Shown: piece by piece, positions 41,188 through 55,648 of the stretch
Layout: each line of letters opens with the position of its first letter
How positions within the stretch are numbered: the stretch's first letter is position 1
Source of the DNA: Amoeboaphelidium protococcarum X5
Lineage: Eukaryota > Fungi > Aphelidiomycota
NCBI GenBank assembly: GCA_023515725.1
Contig: JALDTO010000208.1
Coordinates: 124,001-188,000, forward strand
Direction: 5' to 3'
DNA length: 64,000 bases
Notes under the pieces: model-generated
What the model saw: the letters and a program-made list of their open reading frames with translations, nothing else
Database searches by the model: none
Told to the model about the DNA's origin: nothing
Made by a program: the position numbers and the translations under genes

Positions 41188-41612
41188 TATGATTTGGTAA
41201 TTGCGACAATATATTAATAAATCTATTTTATGGTTACAGTTTTACTTTCAGTTTTTACATGTTTATGTTGATGGCGGGAGATTGTTGACATTACCAATTT
41301 GATAAGACGATCTTCATAAAGACATTGTGATCATTTCCTCTGACAGCGTGATGACTGAGTAAGAGCTCGCGCGATCTTAGTGTTTCTTCGCACTTTGCGC
41401 GTCGCTGCTTCATTCTCCACTTGTCCTTGAGTGATCTTGGCCAAAGAGACGCGTTTAAATTTCAAATCTTCAACCGACCGAAATTGCGCAAATTTTATTC
41501 GACAATTCTTTAAGCGTTCCATCCACGGAAAGGTTGTCGCGTTCGGTCAGTGATCTTTCTACTATTATTATAGCACTAAGAAAACTTATTCACTAAAACT
41601 CATTTAATAAAT

Positions 41613-42380
41613 ATGGGTCGTGTTATTCGTGCACAGCGTAAAGGTCCTGGTGGAATTTTCAAGGCCCACACTAAGCATCGCAAAGGTGCAGCTAAGCACC
41701 GTGTTTTGGATTTTGCAGAGAGACACGGTTATGTTCGCGGACTTGTGAAGGAGATTATCCACGATCCTGGTCGTGGTGCCCCATTGGCTAAAGTATAATT
41801 CAGAGATCCGTACAGATACAAGATGCGTACTGAGACTTTCATCGCTGCTGAGGGCATGTACTCTGGACAGTTTGTGTACGTTGGAAAGAAGGCTAATCTG
41901 ACCGTTGGTAATGTTCTGCCTCTGTCCTCCATGCCAGAAGGTACCATCATTTGTAATGTTGAGTAGAAGGTTGGTGATCGCGGTTCGTTCGCTCGCTCCT
42001 CCGGTAACTACGCAACTGTCATTGGTCACAATACTGATGATGGAAAGACGCGTATCAAGCTTCCATCCGGTGCCAAGAAGGTTGTACCTTCGCTGTCCCG
42101 TGCCATGGTCGGTATCGTTGCTGGTGGTGGTAGAATTGACAAGCCAATCTTGAAGGCTGGTAGAGCATATCACAAGTATAAGGCTAAGCGTAACTGCTGG
42201 CCAAAGACTAGAGGTGTGGCTATGAACCCTGTGGAGCATCCTCACGGTGGTGGTAACCATCAGCACATTGGTCATGCTTCTACTGTGGCTCGCGACAGTC
42301 CACCAGGTAAGAAGGTTGGTTTGATTGCCGCTAGAAGAACTGGTCTGATCAGAGGTACTAAGCAGCTGAAGACCGACTGA
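41613..42380 (+). CDS. RPL8: 60S ribosomal protein uL2 (L8/L2)
   Basis: [11 protein letters not shown]...[10 protein letters not shown]...[18 protein letters not shown]; two in-frame TAR codons. Confidence 0.98.
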
Positions 42381-42523
42381 TGATAATGTCAGTAATAAAT
42401 AATTCAGTCTTAATACAACTCTTTTATATAAAAAGGATATCTATGTTATTAACGACGTATACTTTCTATTAAATATCACTTTTATCATCATCAATCCTCT
42501 AAGAAAGAGATACTAATGTCGAA

Positions 42524-43483
42524 TCAGTGAGCGGGCACTTGAATTGCTCTGATTCTCCTCTTGGGCTTCAGCTTCGTGTCCACGGTCAACTTTGGAGGCT
42601 TGGGCCGTCTAAGCTTCTTCTTCTCTGATAAGGTGGACAATGCAGCAGCTTATTACTCACTCACACGCTCGAGTGTCTATCTAAACTCTATAATATCTAT
42701 AACTTGTATTCCTGATATGGAAGGTCGCTTTGATTTCATAGCTGTGCTCTATCGACCCGATTAAGAGACTGATGCCAAATGTGGATGTTACGATAACACT
42801 TTGCTATCTGTACGGAGTGGGATACTTGGACCGTTATCGGCAGTCTCTTTAATTGCCCCCAGAGGACTAGCACGAATCTACGCTCCACCACCGGCGCCAT
42901 AACCAGACAATACGTGAGGAGTTCGTCGCTCCAGACATGGCGTGGACGCAGACAGAGCTACCATTGAAGTAAACGGGGCATCTACTGATTAAGGAGAGTC
43001 CTCACATATATCAGTAGATGTTTGGCGCGTCAAGGACTACTTACTGCTCTTGGCCACGGCCGCATTTTGATGATCTTGCTTCTTATCCGCGGCCTCAGTG
43101 CCCATAAATGACGTGCCATTCTTTACGATAAATACAAACAGCAAAATTGCACCAACTAGAGCTACACCCAGAGAAGTGCCAATGATTATACAAATTACCA
43201 TTGTCGATGATGCCGCGCTCGACATTCCAGATGATGCTTACTATACGCTGCCCTGGGATTAAGCAGCACCGCCAGAGTTATAGGTTGTGTATAGTGTACG
43301 CGTCTACGAATTGCCGTCCGCATATTATACTTGTTCTTATTACTGATTATATTTTTACTACTACTGTTACTGTTATCTAATGTTGTTTTTTGAAACAACT
43401 AGCGGGGCGGCAGCGACCATGGCCAGTTGCGATATAAACAAAATCAAAACAAGTGCAAAGCAATTAAAGCTCCACTTGTTCAT
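42524..43483 (-). CDS. Type I single-pass membrane protein, unknown function
   Basis: Signal peptide MNKWSFNCFALVLILFISQLAMVAA, poly-Q encoded by TAR, TM VICIIIGTSLGVALVGAILLFVFIV. Confidence 0.7.
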
Positions 43484-43933
43484 TGTACAATTCTCTATAA
43501 GTCTATATTATTTATTTGATTCTATTTCTAGTAATGATGCCAAGAGAAAAGCGTGTTTTTATTGATGTGAGCCGAATTACTACTGACGGCAACGTGATTG
43601 TGGAACTCATGATTTCGACCTCGCGATTCAACGCCGTGCTCTAATTGGACGTTGTAATCTCCAAATTTTTCGTAAAATTCTTTGATGTTACAGCGATGAT
43701 ATTTAGTCATGCCACCTCATTTGTATCATTCAGGCATTTGCATATTTCATCACATCCGCGGTTAGTCTTTAAAGCTGAAGCGCTTAGTGTGAACAAATGG
43801 CAATGCTCGCGTATCAAACGTTATCGCCGCGAGAACTTTCTGCTTCACATTTTTAACCTGAAATCACCTTCAGTGCTACCTACTACCAGGAACGTAGTTA
43901 TAAGGATTAGTTAATTCATTGTTATATATAGAG

Positions 43934-45427
43934 ATGGAGCAACATATTATCTGGATATCGGGCTTATATTCTTTATTCGCTTTCCTGTTTGCGTACAAGC
44001 TCTGTGGAAATAAGAATGTATGGCAAAGCTTTATCAAGTGTGGCATGTTTGGCACCGATGTCCATAAGAAGGATCGACCTGTTATAGCTGAGTCTATCGG
44101 AGTATTATGTGGACTGGCGTATCTTGTGACGCTTTTCCTCTTTATCCCGATTCCTTTTATGAGGTGGTTTATGGATGAGAATGTATCTTTGTTCATACAG
44201 CTATCTCATTCTAGGAACAAGGTGATCAACTATGCAGACTTCCCGTTTGATACATTCACCGCCCTGCTCAGTGGACTTCTCTCACTATCCTGTATGCTCC
44301 TTCTGGGCTTTGCTGATGATGTTTTGGAACTAAAATGGAAGTTCAAGTTGATTCTACCTACCATTGCGTCCATTCCTATTCTGGCAGTGTATTTCACCAC
44401 TTACGGTGTGACTAATATTGTTGTCCCGCTGCCTCTCCGCGATCTGGTTGGATACAAGTATTTAGACTTGGGAGTGCTGTACTATTCATATATGGGAATG
44501 TTGGCCGTATTCTGCACTAACTCTATAAACATTGTCGCCGGTATCAATGGTGTGGAAACTGGTTAGACGTTGGTGATTACTCTGTCTTTGATCTTGAATG
44601 ACCTCCTGTATATATTGCCATCTTTATAATCCCTCAACATCGTGGACACTGCAAGTAATACTGTGGCTGCGTTCAAGACTCATTTATACTCATTTTATAT
44701 GCTTCTGCCTCTGTTTGCCGTCACTCTGGCCCTTCATATGTGGAATAGATACCCATCACGGGTATTTGTTGGTGATTGTTTCTGTTACTTTGCTGGTATG
44801 TCTTTTGCATCTGTTGGTATCCTAGGCCGTATGTCAAAGACTGTTCTGCTGTTCTTTATTCCTCAAATCATCAACTTTGTATACTCTTGTCCGCAGCTGT
44901 TTAAACTTGTGCCATGTCCAAGACATAGAATGCCTCGGTATGATAGTGAGCGAGATGTGTTATTGCCTAGTATGGTGGATATCGCGGATATTAGAAAATG
45001 TTCAACGCCGAAAGATTCTCTTGCTTGGCTCATTGTCTAGGTGTTTTATGCTATTGGCATCATTGGCGCGTACACCAGCGATGGTTATGATAATAATGTG
45101 GTCAATGATGATCATTAGCTGTAGGATGCAACACCTTAGAAATCGTTGAATAAACGAAAGCGAAAGACTAGTGAACGGTAAAAGCTTGCGTCATAAGAAG
45201 ATTCTACCGCGTTGGAGAAGAAGTTGGCGGACCTATCATTTAAGCGATGTAATTTGAGCTAGGCGACTCATGTAAGCAATTTTACGTTGATAAATTTAAT
45301 ACTCGTCTGGTTCGGTCCTATGCATGAAGCAACCACTACCAATTGTGTGATGGCGGTGTAAGTCGCGTTCTCTATTATTGCATTTAGTATCAGATACGGT
45401 TTAGTTCTGTACTTTTATCCTGAATGA
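43934..45427 (+). CDS. ALG7: UDP-GlcNAc:dolichyl-phosphate GlcNAc-1-P transferase
   Basis: [26 protein letters not shown](Q), [23 protein letters not shown]. Confidence 0.95.
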
Positions 45428-45596
45428 AAGGATTTATGAATGTATAATTTTATAAGCTTATACCGAAATGCTATAAAGTACTTTCTAGATTTAAGCTTTG
45501 ACTTTTTTGAAGTGTTTTTATGATTGTATTCCGACATTTTCTACTTCAGTTAGTCTAGCCTTCTTTCTATCTGTTTATTAAAAGCAATGTGATGAA

Positions 45597-46124
45597 ATGT
45601 AGACAATACCGCGTCAACATTCTGTGGCTGTTTTTGCCTGGTTTATGACAACTTTATGCTGGATGATTGTAATGGCATTGCTAGGATTATCTCGTCCGGA
45701 GAGCCTTTAATTCATACGACATGTCAATGACAAATTGTTGCATTTCTCGTGTTTTATGGTACTAGGCGCGTTAATGGAAAGATCCATGTACACTTTGTGG
45801 TCGCTCAGTCCCACTGGTCAGTAAAGGGCATATAATAATAACATCATAGATTTATAAGAACTTGGCAGTCCATAATCGCGTCTAGTAAGCAGTAGAACGA
45901 GGCATCGTGGACAGTAATTATATTCTTACAAACCGGCAGCGGTCGCCTTCCTATTGTGTTTCCTCATGGCGATCATCTCCGAAAGCATTCAGTCACAACT
46001 CTCTTATAGAACGGCAGACCCATGGGACGCGCTTTGTAACATATTTGGATTGTCCACAGGAATCTCACTCTCTCTAGCACTGCGTTAATATGGATGGTGT
46101 CAATCTTGCTGTAATTGCTGTTGA
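45597..46124 (+). CDS. VanZ-like membrane protein
   Basis: NDKLLHFSCF, ISESIQ...YRTADPWDALCNIFG; Cys-rich tail CQSCCNCC. Confidence 0.7.
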
Positions 46125-46350
46125 ATGAATAAATACTGTATAAATGATGTCACCTCTTGTGTCTTTTGTCTATCGTGGAACCGTCATGGTCTCCAGTGTT
46201 TTCCATTCGATCCGCTCAATGTTTCGTTTCAGACACGAAATTCCTTTCTTCTTCTTCTTCAATAACATATTTTTTCATTACTCAAACTAACTTTGTATTT
46301 TACATCCTGAGTAACTATACAGACTATATTTCTGTTGAGTTTGAAATAGT

Positions 46351-49047
46351 ATGGAACGTTGTGAGAGTATGATTGTGAATGATGGCTAGAATCCGCAACT
46401 AAATATCAAAATGAAAGATTATTTTAGTCCTCTGCCTATTGAGTCATTGTTCATGAATAAGGAAGCAGATAATCGTGATACCAAGAGTTGTAACAATGCT
46501 TATAGTGCTCAAGAGAAGCCTTAGACTGCGGAACAGAAAGATAAAGTTCAACAATAATAATAATAATAGTAGTAGTAGTAAGATTTTGACTAAACTTTTA
46601 TGGTGGATGACCGTCAGCTACTTAATGTTGACTAGTCACAGCTGAGTATTGCCTCTTAGAATCAAATATTACCTAGTAAAATTCATGGCAATAATGACTT
46701 TGATCTGTCTGTGATTATTATGGACTCTTTAGATGAGATGGTGGATCCGGGGAAAATGTCACCTATTGGCTAATCTTCGTTCAAAGATGATCGTATGGCG
46801 GATGGCTCCTTTCACAGTGGCTTTATTAATTAGTGCACCAATAATAATTCAAATTAACCTTTGGAAAGTGGTGGTGTAAATGATGGTAAACTATTTGCCT
46901 TTACTACTCCTTACAAGGCTTAGTCTACTTAAACGCCAGCTTTTTAGACGCCGTTTGATAATAAGAATGTCAAGAAGAACAGCTATGATACTGCTACCAG
47001 GTCGAGATTGAGTTAGTTGATTTGTGAACTGGATGATTTGGACAATATTGAATGTGGTGTTGATATAGGTGTGGATGGAGGTGATAATAAAATGAATTCC
47101 GATAATCAGTTATTAGAGGAGGAGGAAGATTAAAGCTTCATAATGCCTTTGAAGAAGTTGAAGATGAATGATAGTTATATAAGTGTTTAGGATGACACGG
47201 ATAACGTTGAAGGTGAGTTGCACAAAGCACAAGACAAAATATCTCAGTCGTTCAAGGAGGCTGTTGTCAGTTCTGGTCCGAATATATTCAATTTTGCCAC
47301 TCCAAAGGCTAGTAGTAGTAAGCAGCTAACTGGTAGTAGTACATTGACTTTTAATGCTCATAATGCGAGATAATAGACTTCAATCATCAACACAAGTGGA
47401 TTGTTGAACTTCAGCAAAGTACCTCTCGATGCTTCTGGAATGTAATCAGTGCGCGCTGACAATCTTAGTTAAGATAGTTAGAATTAATAATCGTAGAAAC
47501 TTGAGCGTTAATCTGTATAGTAAACCAACAATAAGGAAGACAATTATGAGTTATTGGATGATAGTCCAGCGCTAATTTAGTTGGCAGACAATGAGCAGAC
47601 GTTTGACACTATCAAAACTGATACCTTGCTGTAGTATTAGATCCCGCAATCTCGCTCTAGTGTGAAAAATACTGGTGATGTTAGCATAAATTAGAAGCAT
47701 CATACGCAAAGTAGAATCTCTTGCCAGGCGTAGTCTTAGTCCAAGTAGAAAACATTTGATCATTCAGAGAGTCTCCGTTAGTTTGAAAAGTAATTTGATG
47801 ATATTATAGCAATGAGATAAAGCAATATTGGTGTTTAAGTAGACTTGGATCGAACGCCTACCAGGAGGAACGTTTCTTTTAAATAAGAGTATGCGGGTAT
47901 GCAGCAGTAGTCAGTGTTGTTGGAGAAAGCATTTCAGAAATTGACTGCTGATAATTCTACTTATACCGACATCTAATCTCATTCACGTCAAAATGAGGCC
48001 GATAAGGCTGATTATAATCAAGAAGTTTTGGCCGCTAGAAGTTGCTCTGAACTAGTTGTTTTGGATATGAAGAGATTTTTGACGTAAAGTTCTTATTACG
48101 TTAATCTATAACATCTATGTATAAACTGGATTGAAGGCATGACTCCTCTTGGGGATATGGTATTTGTGAAGGAGTTGAAATCTTTACAGAGTCTGTACAT
48201 CATCGGACATAATATCAGTAATCTTCCGGAATTGCCTACTTCTCTTCAGCTGTTAAATGCTTCCTGCAATTTGATAAGTAGCGTTGACAGCGTTTATCAA
48301 CTTTAAGTCTTAAGTCTTGATAATAATCCGTTAGAGTCACTGTCCATTCACTCTGATACACTACAAGTTTTATCTTTGCTTAAGTGTCCATTGAGTTAGA
48401 GATTAGAGTTATCTGCTGACTCCTTGAAGAGATTGGCTCTATCCTAAGCCCAATGGAGGTCAGAAGACGCGATCAACTTTCTGTTTGGCAACCTGCCTCG
48501 AATGAAGTCTCTATAAGAACTGCATTTAATGGATATGAGATTAATGGAGATTCCCGGCTCGATAAAGTCTTTGAATTCATTGGAACGATTAAATCTCAAT
48601 TCTAACGTGATTGAAAAACTGCGATTTGTCGATGAGTTGCCATCTCTTATCAATCTTGATGTCTCTAATAACAAGTTGCATGATATTGGTAGATGCTTGC
48701 GGTTCTTGAAGAAGATGAATTTGCAATAACTGTATCTTTGCGGCAATAAGTTTTCGAGTCAATTTACTGTATTAAATGGTCTACATAAGGAGCAAGTTCC
48801 GTAACTAGTGTAAAGCTCATTCTCCGCTGAAGCTGAATCCTCTACCTCTATACACATTGATAATAGTAAATAGTCTGCAGTGGATGATCTCACTTTTATC
48901 AATCACATATTCTACAGACATGCAGTGTTTAAAGTTCTCAAAATCCAATGGCTGGATGGTTTACGCGTCAATAAAGCTGTAAGAATTAAGAATGAGAGGT
49001 AATATTAGCACGCAAAGAAGTAGCTGTCTCGTGTCTTGAGTTATTGA
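46351..49047 (+). CDS. Leucine-rich-repeat protein with long disordered N-terminus (possibly Nud1/Cdc11-like scaffold)
   Basis: LxxLxLxxN repeats (LERLNLNSNVI, LINLDVSNNKL), LRR cap FYRHAV...WLDG; start codon uncertain. Confidence 0.7.
46549..46581 (+). repeat. Poly-Gln tract of 11 codons, 9 of them TAA/TAG
   Basis: caa caa taa taa taa taa tag tag tag tag taa, in frame within the LRR gene. Confidence 0.85.
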
Positions 49048-49176
49048 TTACTGTGTATATTTTGAGCTACCGACTGATGTTTAGTGCTTGAATTGATTTA
49101 ATGAATTTATGAAGATGATTTTAGTTCATATTTGAGTAATATAATGCATAAAAACACAACCGCATGATACAAAGTG

Positions 49177-49773
49177 TCAACACTAAACCAGGAAGCCTTG
49201 TTCAATGTATCTTTCAGCTTCGGAGCGCTTCATGTGCTCTTCGTGCCCAACTTTGATAATCTTCACCGTTCCAGATTCTGTTTCAAAGCTCAGATCCTTC
49301 ACTGCACGAACGCGTATGTAAAGAGACATTGGCGGCACCTGGCTACCCATCAGGTCCACGTACTGCAGATTATACTTGTAAATTAATCTGCAATAGTCCA
49401 GGTAATACGTCTACTCATCAGGTGATAGTAATTGCTGAATATTCTTATGAGGCAGTTTCTTGCCGCCGCTCTCTGCTCGATTCTGCCATGCCAGCTATTC
49501 AATCTTCTTCATTCTATGATGCATGTAGGTGAGAATGCACTATTTATTTCTCTAAATAGATTCAATTGCAACATTCACTTAAGCCATTTCATTACCAGAA
49601 GGTTCCATTTGACTGCCGCTCTCTTGCAGATTATGCAGAATTTCTGTGCCATCATTATGCAATTTCACAATCTCTTGTACAATGTACTTGAGGGAATCGC
49701 CATTGAACTACTTCAGGCCACTCCCACTACGCTTCAACTCTCTCAGCAACTTTATCGCCTCATCACCATACAT
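49177..49773 (-). CDS. PSF1: GINS complex subunit Psf1
   Basis: MYGDEAIKLLRELKR...DLMG...PPMSLYIRVRAVKDL...LIEQGFL; 199 codons. Confidence 0.88.
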
Positions 49774-49923
49774 TTTGGTGAGTTCTTTCTACGGCTGACT
49801 GAGATTATATTTTAGTGGACTTGGTAAACAGATGATTAGACAGTGAAGGATTAAAAAGTTGAAACAAGTAACTGCGACAAGAAGGCAAATGACACCAAAA
49901 TTTGGGATAACAATGACATATAC

Positions 49924-52689
49924 TCACATGTTTAATAGTTACTTGACCGTGACTTTACGTCTGACAGCATTGCTAAAGCCGTCATGAAATCTGTATTTCA
50001 CTTGATTCTTGGGAGCTTGATAGATTGGAGAACTCTCAGGCTAATTAACGTCAGCCTTCCTGATAACGCGACCAAAGAAGTCCTTCTTCAGCACATGACT
50101 GCTGTCGCTACTGATAGAGAGAGCATTGTTAACACCAGTCTTCTTTTAAACAGCTGGAGCTCTTACAGTACTGACTGAGGGACCAGAATCGTTTCCAGTA
50201 ATTTTCAAATCGTTAATCTCTTTAGCAATAAGTTAACGCACAGCAAAGTTGGTCGGCAGAGCGCATGGATTGGATAGACCATCAAATTTACATACAGTAT
50301 CAATCTGCGGCTCAATTGTCGATACAAAAGTTCCATTGTCATTCTTCTACTACTTCAAATTGAGGCCGAGAGACACGAGTAAAGAAGCAACACGTCTGAG
50401 TTGAGACAGTTCATCTGAGCGCAGCAAAGACACATTGACTCCACGAACGTTCACAGCCAGGCACTTCAAAGCATAATACAAGTATTCAGTCACAAATCTC
50501 TGATGATCAATGTATGATGACTTGAACTTGGACTGATATGATGCGGCATTTGATTGAAAAGTTGACATATTAGCAACCGCCGTCTTACGTAGATCAAGCA
50601 ATAGACGAGGGAATTCAAACTAAGGCTTATCCAATGAGAACTGAGATGATGAGCGCAGACTATCAGAATAGATGTCATTCATGGAGCAATATAACTGGTA
50701 CGCCTTGACTGGGTAATGAGAATATGCAGCCAATCCTTCTGATGCCTTGGAACTATAAGTTCTAGCATTAATCTAGTCATAAAGCCAAGTGAACTCATTC
50801 ACCTTCATCAAGTTTGAACCCCATCCCATCAAATCTCTGTACCTGACACAAGGCGCATACTAAAAGCAACCATTCATCACCATATCAATGTCATCCAATT
50901 GAAACAAAAGTCCTTGCAAGTTATTATCAGCTGAGCTCTTCTTTTAATTGCAAAACACAGAATCCCAAACCTTGAAAATAGACGGCTATCTATCTTTAAT
51001 AGAGATCTAATCGGCATTAGATTTCGAAGACTTGGCATCTCGTGCACCAGACTGATTTATGCCAGTTTTAGCATTAGAGTGTTGAAAGTCTATCCAATTC
51101 AATACTGATCGAACATCCCCATCGAACATCGCCGTCAATTAAGTCAGAGTTCTCTTGTCCAACTAAAGGGAATCCTCCTTATTGACTATTAATTACAGGC
51201 GACGCACAACCTGATGAACTGATGGCTCTTTCACTTGATAGTGCTGTACAAACGGCTTAAAGCTTTTCAAAGCAGGTGCATAAGCATCATTACATATACA
51301 AACTATAGGTCTGAGTAGTTTTTGATACTTCTTCTCTCCACTCATTGTACCATTTCTTTTCACAATCAGTTGTCCCTCCTGATCAGCAGATACACCATTA
51401 ACATCCTAATGAAACTTTGACAATTTGGCACTTGTCTACACCATCCTAGAGGAATTAAGATCCTCCTTGCACAATTTAATAAGAAAAGACAACAAACTCT
51501 TATCACCTCCACCTAGTGCACCATCAATCTCATCAAGAATTAAAAGGTTCGGTTTACTAGAGTTAATGCTAGACTTACTCTGCAGAGCATTCATTATTTT
51601 CTACTATAACGCCTCTCCCGACCTCTCATCACTTGCGTTAATTTCAATGATATTGTATCCACATTACTTGGCTATTACATGCGCAAGAGTTGTTTTACCC
51701 AATCCAGCTCTACCTGACAACATGAGTATCTTCTTCTCAGGTCTCTGCAGCTTGTCTTGATATGCAAATTATGAAGTATGGCGCATTTACTGACGGTCTT
51801 TGTTATTCGGAGTCTACAGCAGTGACTTGTTCTACTTTTTAAATACGCAAAAGTCCCACTATTTCAACCAAGACATGCATTGCGAATTGACCCATTCGTC
51901 CGTCACGAGATCCATATAGCTCTATGGGCGATATTTGTCAGTAAGCAGTCGTTATTAAGACTGTTTATCAACACCATAATCTGCTTTTAATTTTTACTAT
52001 AAACCAGTTTCAACTCTAAGCAAGTCTTAATGTCTTTGTTCTGCTTCGACTTGAGTTATCAAGTGGTAGATTGATGAGGATAGCAACTACTATTGACTAG
52101 CATTCATCTTCTTTGACAATATATTCTTCTACTATCGCAACAGATCTATAGGAAAATACAACTTTTCTCCATTGGACGACTTTGATATTATAAAGGAACC
52201 AGACTCTGGAATTTAGGAAAATCTCTAATCAACGTTGGCTATACTCTGTTAAATCTTACCATCGATAGTTGAGGGCAAAGACACGGCTAATGAATCGGTA
52301 ACAAGTCCATGAGCATTCGTTGATACTTTCTTCTTATCACCCAGAGCACCATACTAGACATCCAGCTGAGTTTACGTATTAACAACTGTCAGAGGTTACA
52401 AAATAGCAGTCTCGGTAGTAGGTACAAAAGCAGCGGGAACGTCACCCAGGGCAATCTTCTTCTTGAGTTACGCAAATGGATTATTATTAGAGACAGATTT
52501 CGCCATTACACCATCAGACTCTTCAGCTAAACGCTTCCTGGAACCGCCAACACTTTGACGTACACATGGAGATGATGGCTGATGATGTGACTGAAAGACA
52601 GAACCACCAGTCTCCGATCCATCCACCACTTCCATCTCCAGCAAATCCATATTCTCCTTCTCCCACTAATTAATATCGTTGTCATCCAT
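49924..52689 (-). CDS. CTF18: Chromosome transmission fidelity protein 18 (alternative RFC large subunit)
   Basis: TDKYRP, Walker A GRAGLGKTTLAHVIA, EINASDERS, LILDEIDGA, RPIVCICND.YAPAL, C-terminal FHDGFSNAVRRKV. Confidence 0.95.
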
Positions 52690-52819
52690 CCTCTTTGTTC
52701 CAATCCTTATTTACTGAAAGTGTAAGACAATCGATAAGAATTCACTGTATGAACCAACTTCAAGTACTATCAAGCGGATAAGGTTCCACTGGACAGTACG
52801 GTGGAGGAGAGAGAGAAAA

Positions 52820-52942
52820 GCGCGACGAAAACATAAAGGATCTGAAACACGCGTTGCAGCAGAATTCTGAAACAGACTTGAGGAACGCGTCTCTTACTAT
52901 GTACGGTACAGTAGTGTCTCTTGTGTAGTAAAGACAACGCGT
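52820..52942. promoter_or_regulatory. Cluster of MCB-like (ACGCGT) elements upstream of CTF18
   Basis: ACGCGT at 52849, 52885 and 52937 plus GCGCGA at 52820, 130-250 bp upstream of the CTF18 ATG. Confidence 0.5.
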
Positions 52943-53259
52943 TACACGGTAAGAAACTCCATTAGAACAATTGTCCGTCCACCTACAGTACCATTTCTGT
53001 GCCTTGAAAAGACAGCCAACAACTTGATAAATAACGGGTGAAACGATAACTGAAAAAGGTAAGAATATTTAGAGATAAATAACTCTATTGATCTTGATTT
53101 TTATACAACTCGACTAAACATCGCGTCACATTTCTTTTATCTTCTACTATATACAATACAATTGCAGTTACACACACACACACAAAGAACACCATTCGAG
53201 GCCATCAAGAGACTACATCAGCAGCCACTTTTACCTAACCTTCATCAAGTCAGTGTCAC

Positions 53260-54963
53260 TCACTAGGAACCTGAATGACCAAACCATGGATGTGACAGTA
53301 CTTGGTCGATACTCGGTCTATCTACTGGATCACAGCAGAGCATCCACTGCACTAAATCACGAACCAGAGTCTGAGGGAAACCAGTATCAGAGCTGACTTC
53401 AAATACACAAGGACCATTGGGGACGTAATGTGCCTCATCGAAATTGTCCGGCAAATCTCCATAGTTCATCTCATACAACATCATGCCCATCGCATAAATG
53501 TCAGCCTCAGGACCAATAAAGGTCATACCAGATCGTACCTCGGGCGGAGAGAAGATTGGAGTGCCATAAGATTTGAAAGGACGTATTCCGGGATTCTCAA
53601 TAGGAGTTTGATAGAACGCAGCATGTCCAAAGTCTATAAGCTTCGCTGTGAGGTCAGCATCAACCAGAACGTTCTCATCCTTCAGATCCTTGTGCGTAAT
53701 ACCACAGTGATGGAGTGAGGCAACAGACTCTGCAATCTAGTAGAATATTCTCTTCTGTACCGGCTCAGGCAGCACAGGACCACGATGTCGACCGCGGCGA
53801 CAAGTCTTACTAAAGCCACCACAGACTCTCAACAGGCCAGCTAGACTTTAGTCATTACCATTACGAGGGATAATCACACGCTACTCAGGCATGTTTGACT
53901 AGCCAGACTTGAGCACTAGACGATCAAACTCGGAGATCCTTGAAGCAGACAGAGATGTTGGCATCTTATGATTCGGCAAGAACAACCTGGTCAATACAGC
54001 AGGCAGCTTAGTCAACGGATCCAAAGACTCTCTATTCCAAGCATAACCACCACACTCAGTCACCAGGAACCAACATTCATTGCCTTCCCAGGAATCAATG
54101 TACTTGATAATGTTCAAATGCTGAGGGGCGTACTTCAACAAAGCAATCTCAAGGCAACTAGGCTCTCCCGTACGAGGATCCTTACACAATCTAGAACTGT
54201 GGATCTGGCTTTTACGCATAATCTTAATGGCAACCTTCTGACCATCGGAACATCTGATGCCCTAGACAACTATACCAAACGTTCCATAGCCAAGCAGCAT
54301 TGTCAGACAGTAGTCATTGAGATGACGATCTGAGATGATACACCGGGCTAGTAGGGCTTTAGCTTCATCTACACATCTCCTTTCATGCTTGGCATCTTCA
54401 TCTTCCTCCTCAACATCAGCAGCGGCGGCACTATCAAACATGGAATCTCTATTGTATGTGGCATCATGAGCACTCGGTATAGCTTAAGACTACTGCTACT
54501 GCTACATCTGCGTATTGTCAGTCAATGGGCCAACATGGAATATAGTCTTGGGAGTAGATGGCATGTCATTTTCAGCCGAGAGATCCAAAATCTATTGCCA
54601 ATCCTAGCGATCATTCAGTGAAGGGAAGCGAGGCAAATCTTTAGGCGTTCGCTGTGTGGACTCATCAGATTCGGTGATGGACATGTGCAGGGACGGCAGA
54701 GTGAGACCAGAAGCATCAGACAAGGTTCGCTGCCGAATCTCTTCTTCTGAGGACGGCGATACCAGGGATTGGGTAGACTACTTGGGGGACTCAACCATGC
54801 TGGTCAGGGACGGCACTTGATAGGTGGGACCATTCAGGGCTTGCTGGAAGTTGTCAACATTATCATCGTCGGAGGTTTACGGTGGCGAGGTACGACTGTC
54901 GGAGGACTGCCCTGCTGCGCCTTTCATATATTTGGGGATCCAACTCAATTAAAGCATTCTCAT
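53260..54963 (-). CDS. Ser/Thr protein kinase (CAMK group, PASK/PIM-like)
   Basis: LGYGTFG, VAIK, HKDLKDENVL, LIDFG, YGTPIFSPPEV, DIYAMG; start may be 54927. Confidence 0.9.
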
Positions 54964-55648
54964 CTTATATTATTATTTTACAATTCTGCAAACTCTTATC
55001 GGTACTAAATAGGAAGGAGCAACGAGTGGAGTAAGGATAAGGATAAGTAAGCGGCGGCTACACTATTAATTATGACGCAAATGTCAAGAGTCACCTTTGT
55101 TTGTTTCCCTTTGTTTGTTCAAGGACTGAAAGGCAATCGGGCCACGTCAGTCAAAGTTGCAGTTAATTACGGTTGGCTTTGTGGGAATACAGTTTTGGAT
55201 GAAAATGATGAGCTAAGCCTCATTGGTCATATTGGGAACCTGCTTACGGTTATTCACCTGAAAATGATCAAATCAGGGGTCATCTTCGGGTGTCGTGATT
55301 GTGCCGGCAAGTGGGATGTACCAGTTTAACTGGACATTAACACCCTGGTATTTTGGTATGCTGCCTCATACTGGATGTTAAGTGTGATTTCCCATTTTTA
55401 TATGTTTTAATTGCTTTAATTTTCAATGGAATACTACTATAGTGATGTAATTCGACTGACGCAACAACTGCGCCGCTTCATCTGTATTACTAAAGCCACC
55501 ACAGAACGTCACCAGGCAATTAACGATTTGTATGGTGATTGCATGCACTAGACACGATTTCATGGCTTTATCAATCATAAAATAAATTCACGGCTTATTC
55601 TCAGTGTGTTCAACTGCATTTACTTTTACCTTGGTGATATTTTGCATT

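Noticed and set aside
41604-42275. 223-aa minus-strand ORF (also 10367-11047, 19733-20314, 38716-39348, 57920-58507)
   Set aside because: Antisense to well-supported genes and without recognisable motifs
49743-49919. Short signal-peptide-like minus-strand ORF between CTF18 and PSF1
   Set aside because: Hits TGA after about 58 codons and overlaps the PSF1 start in another frame
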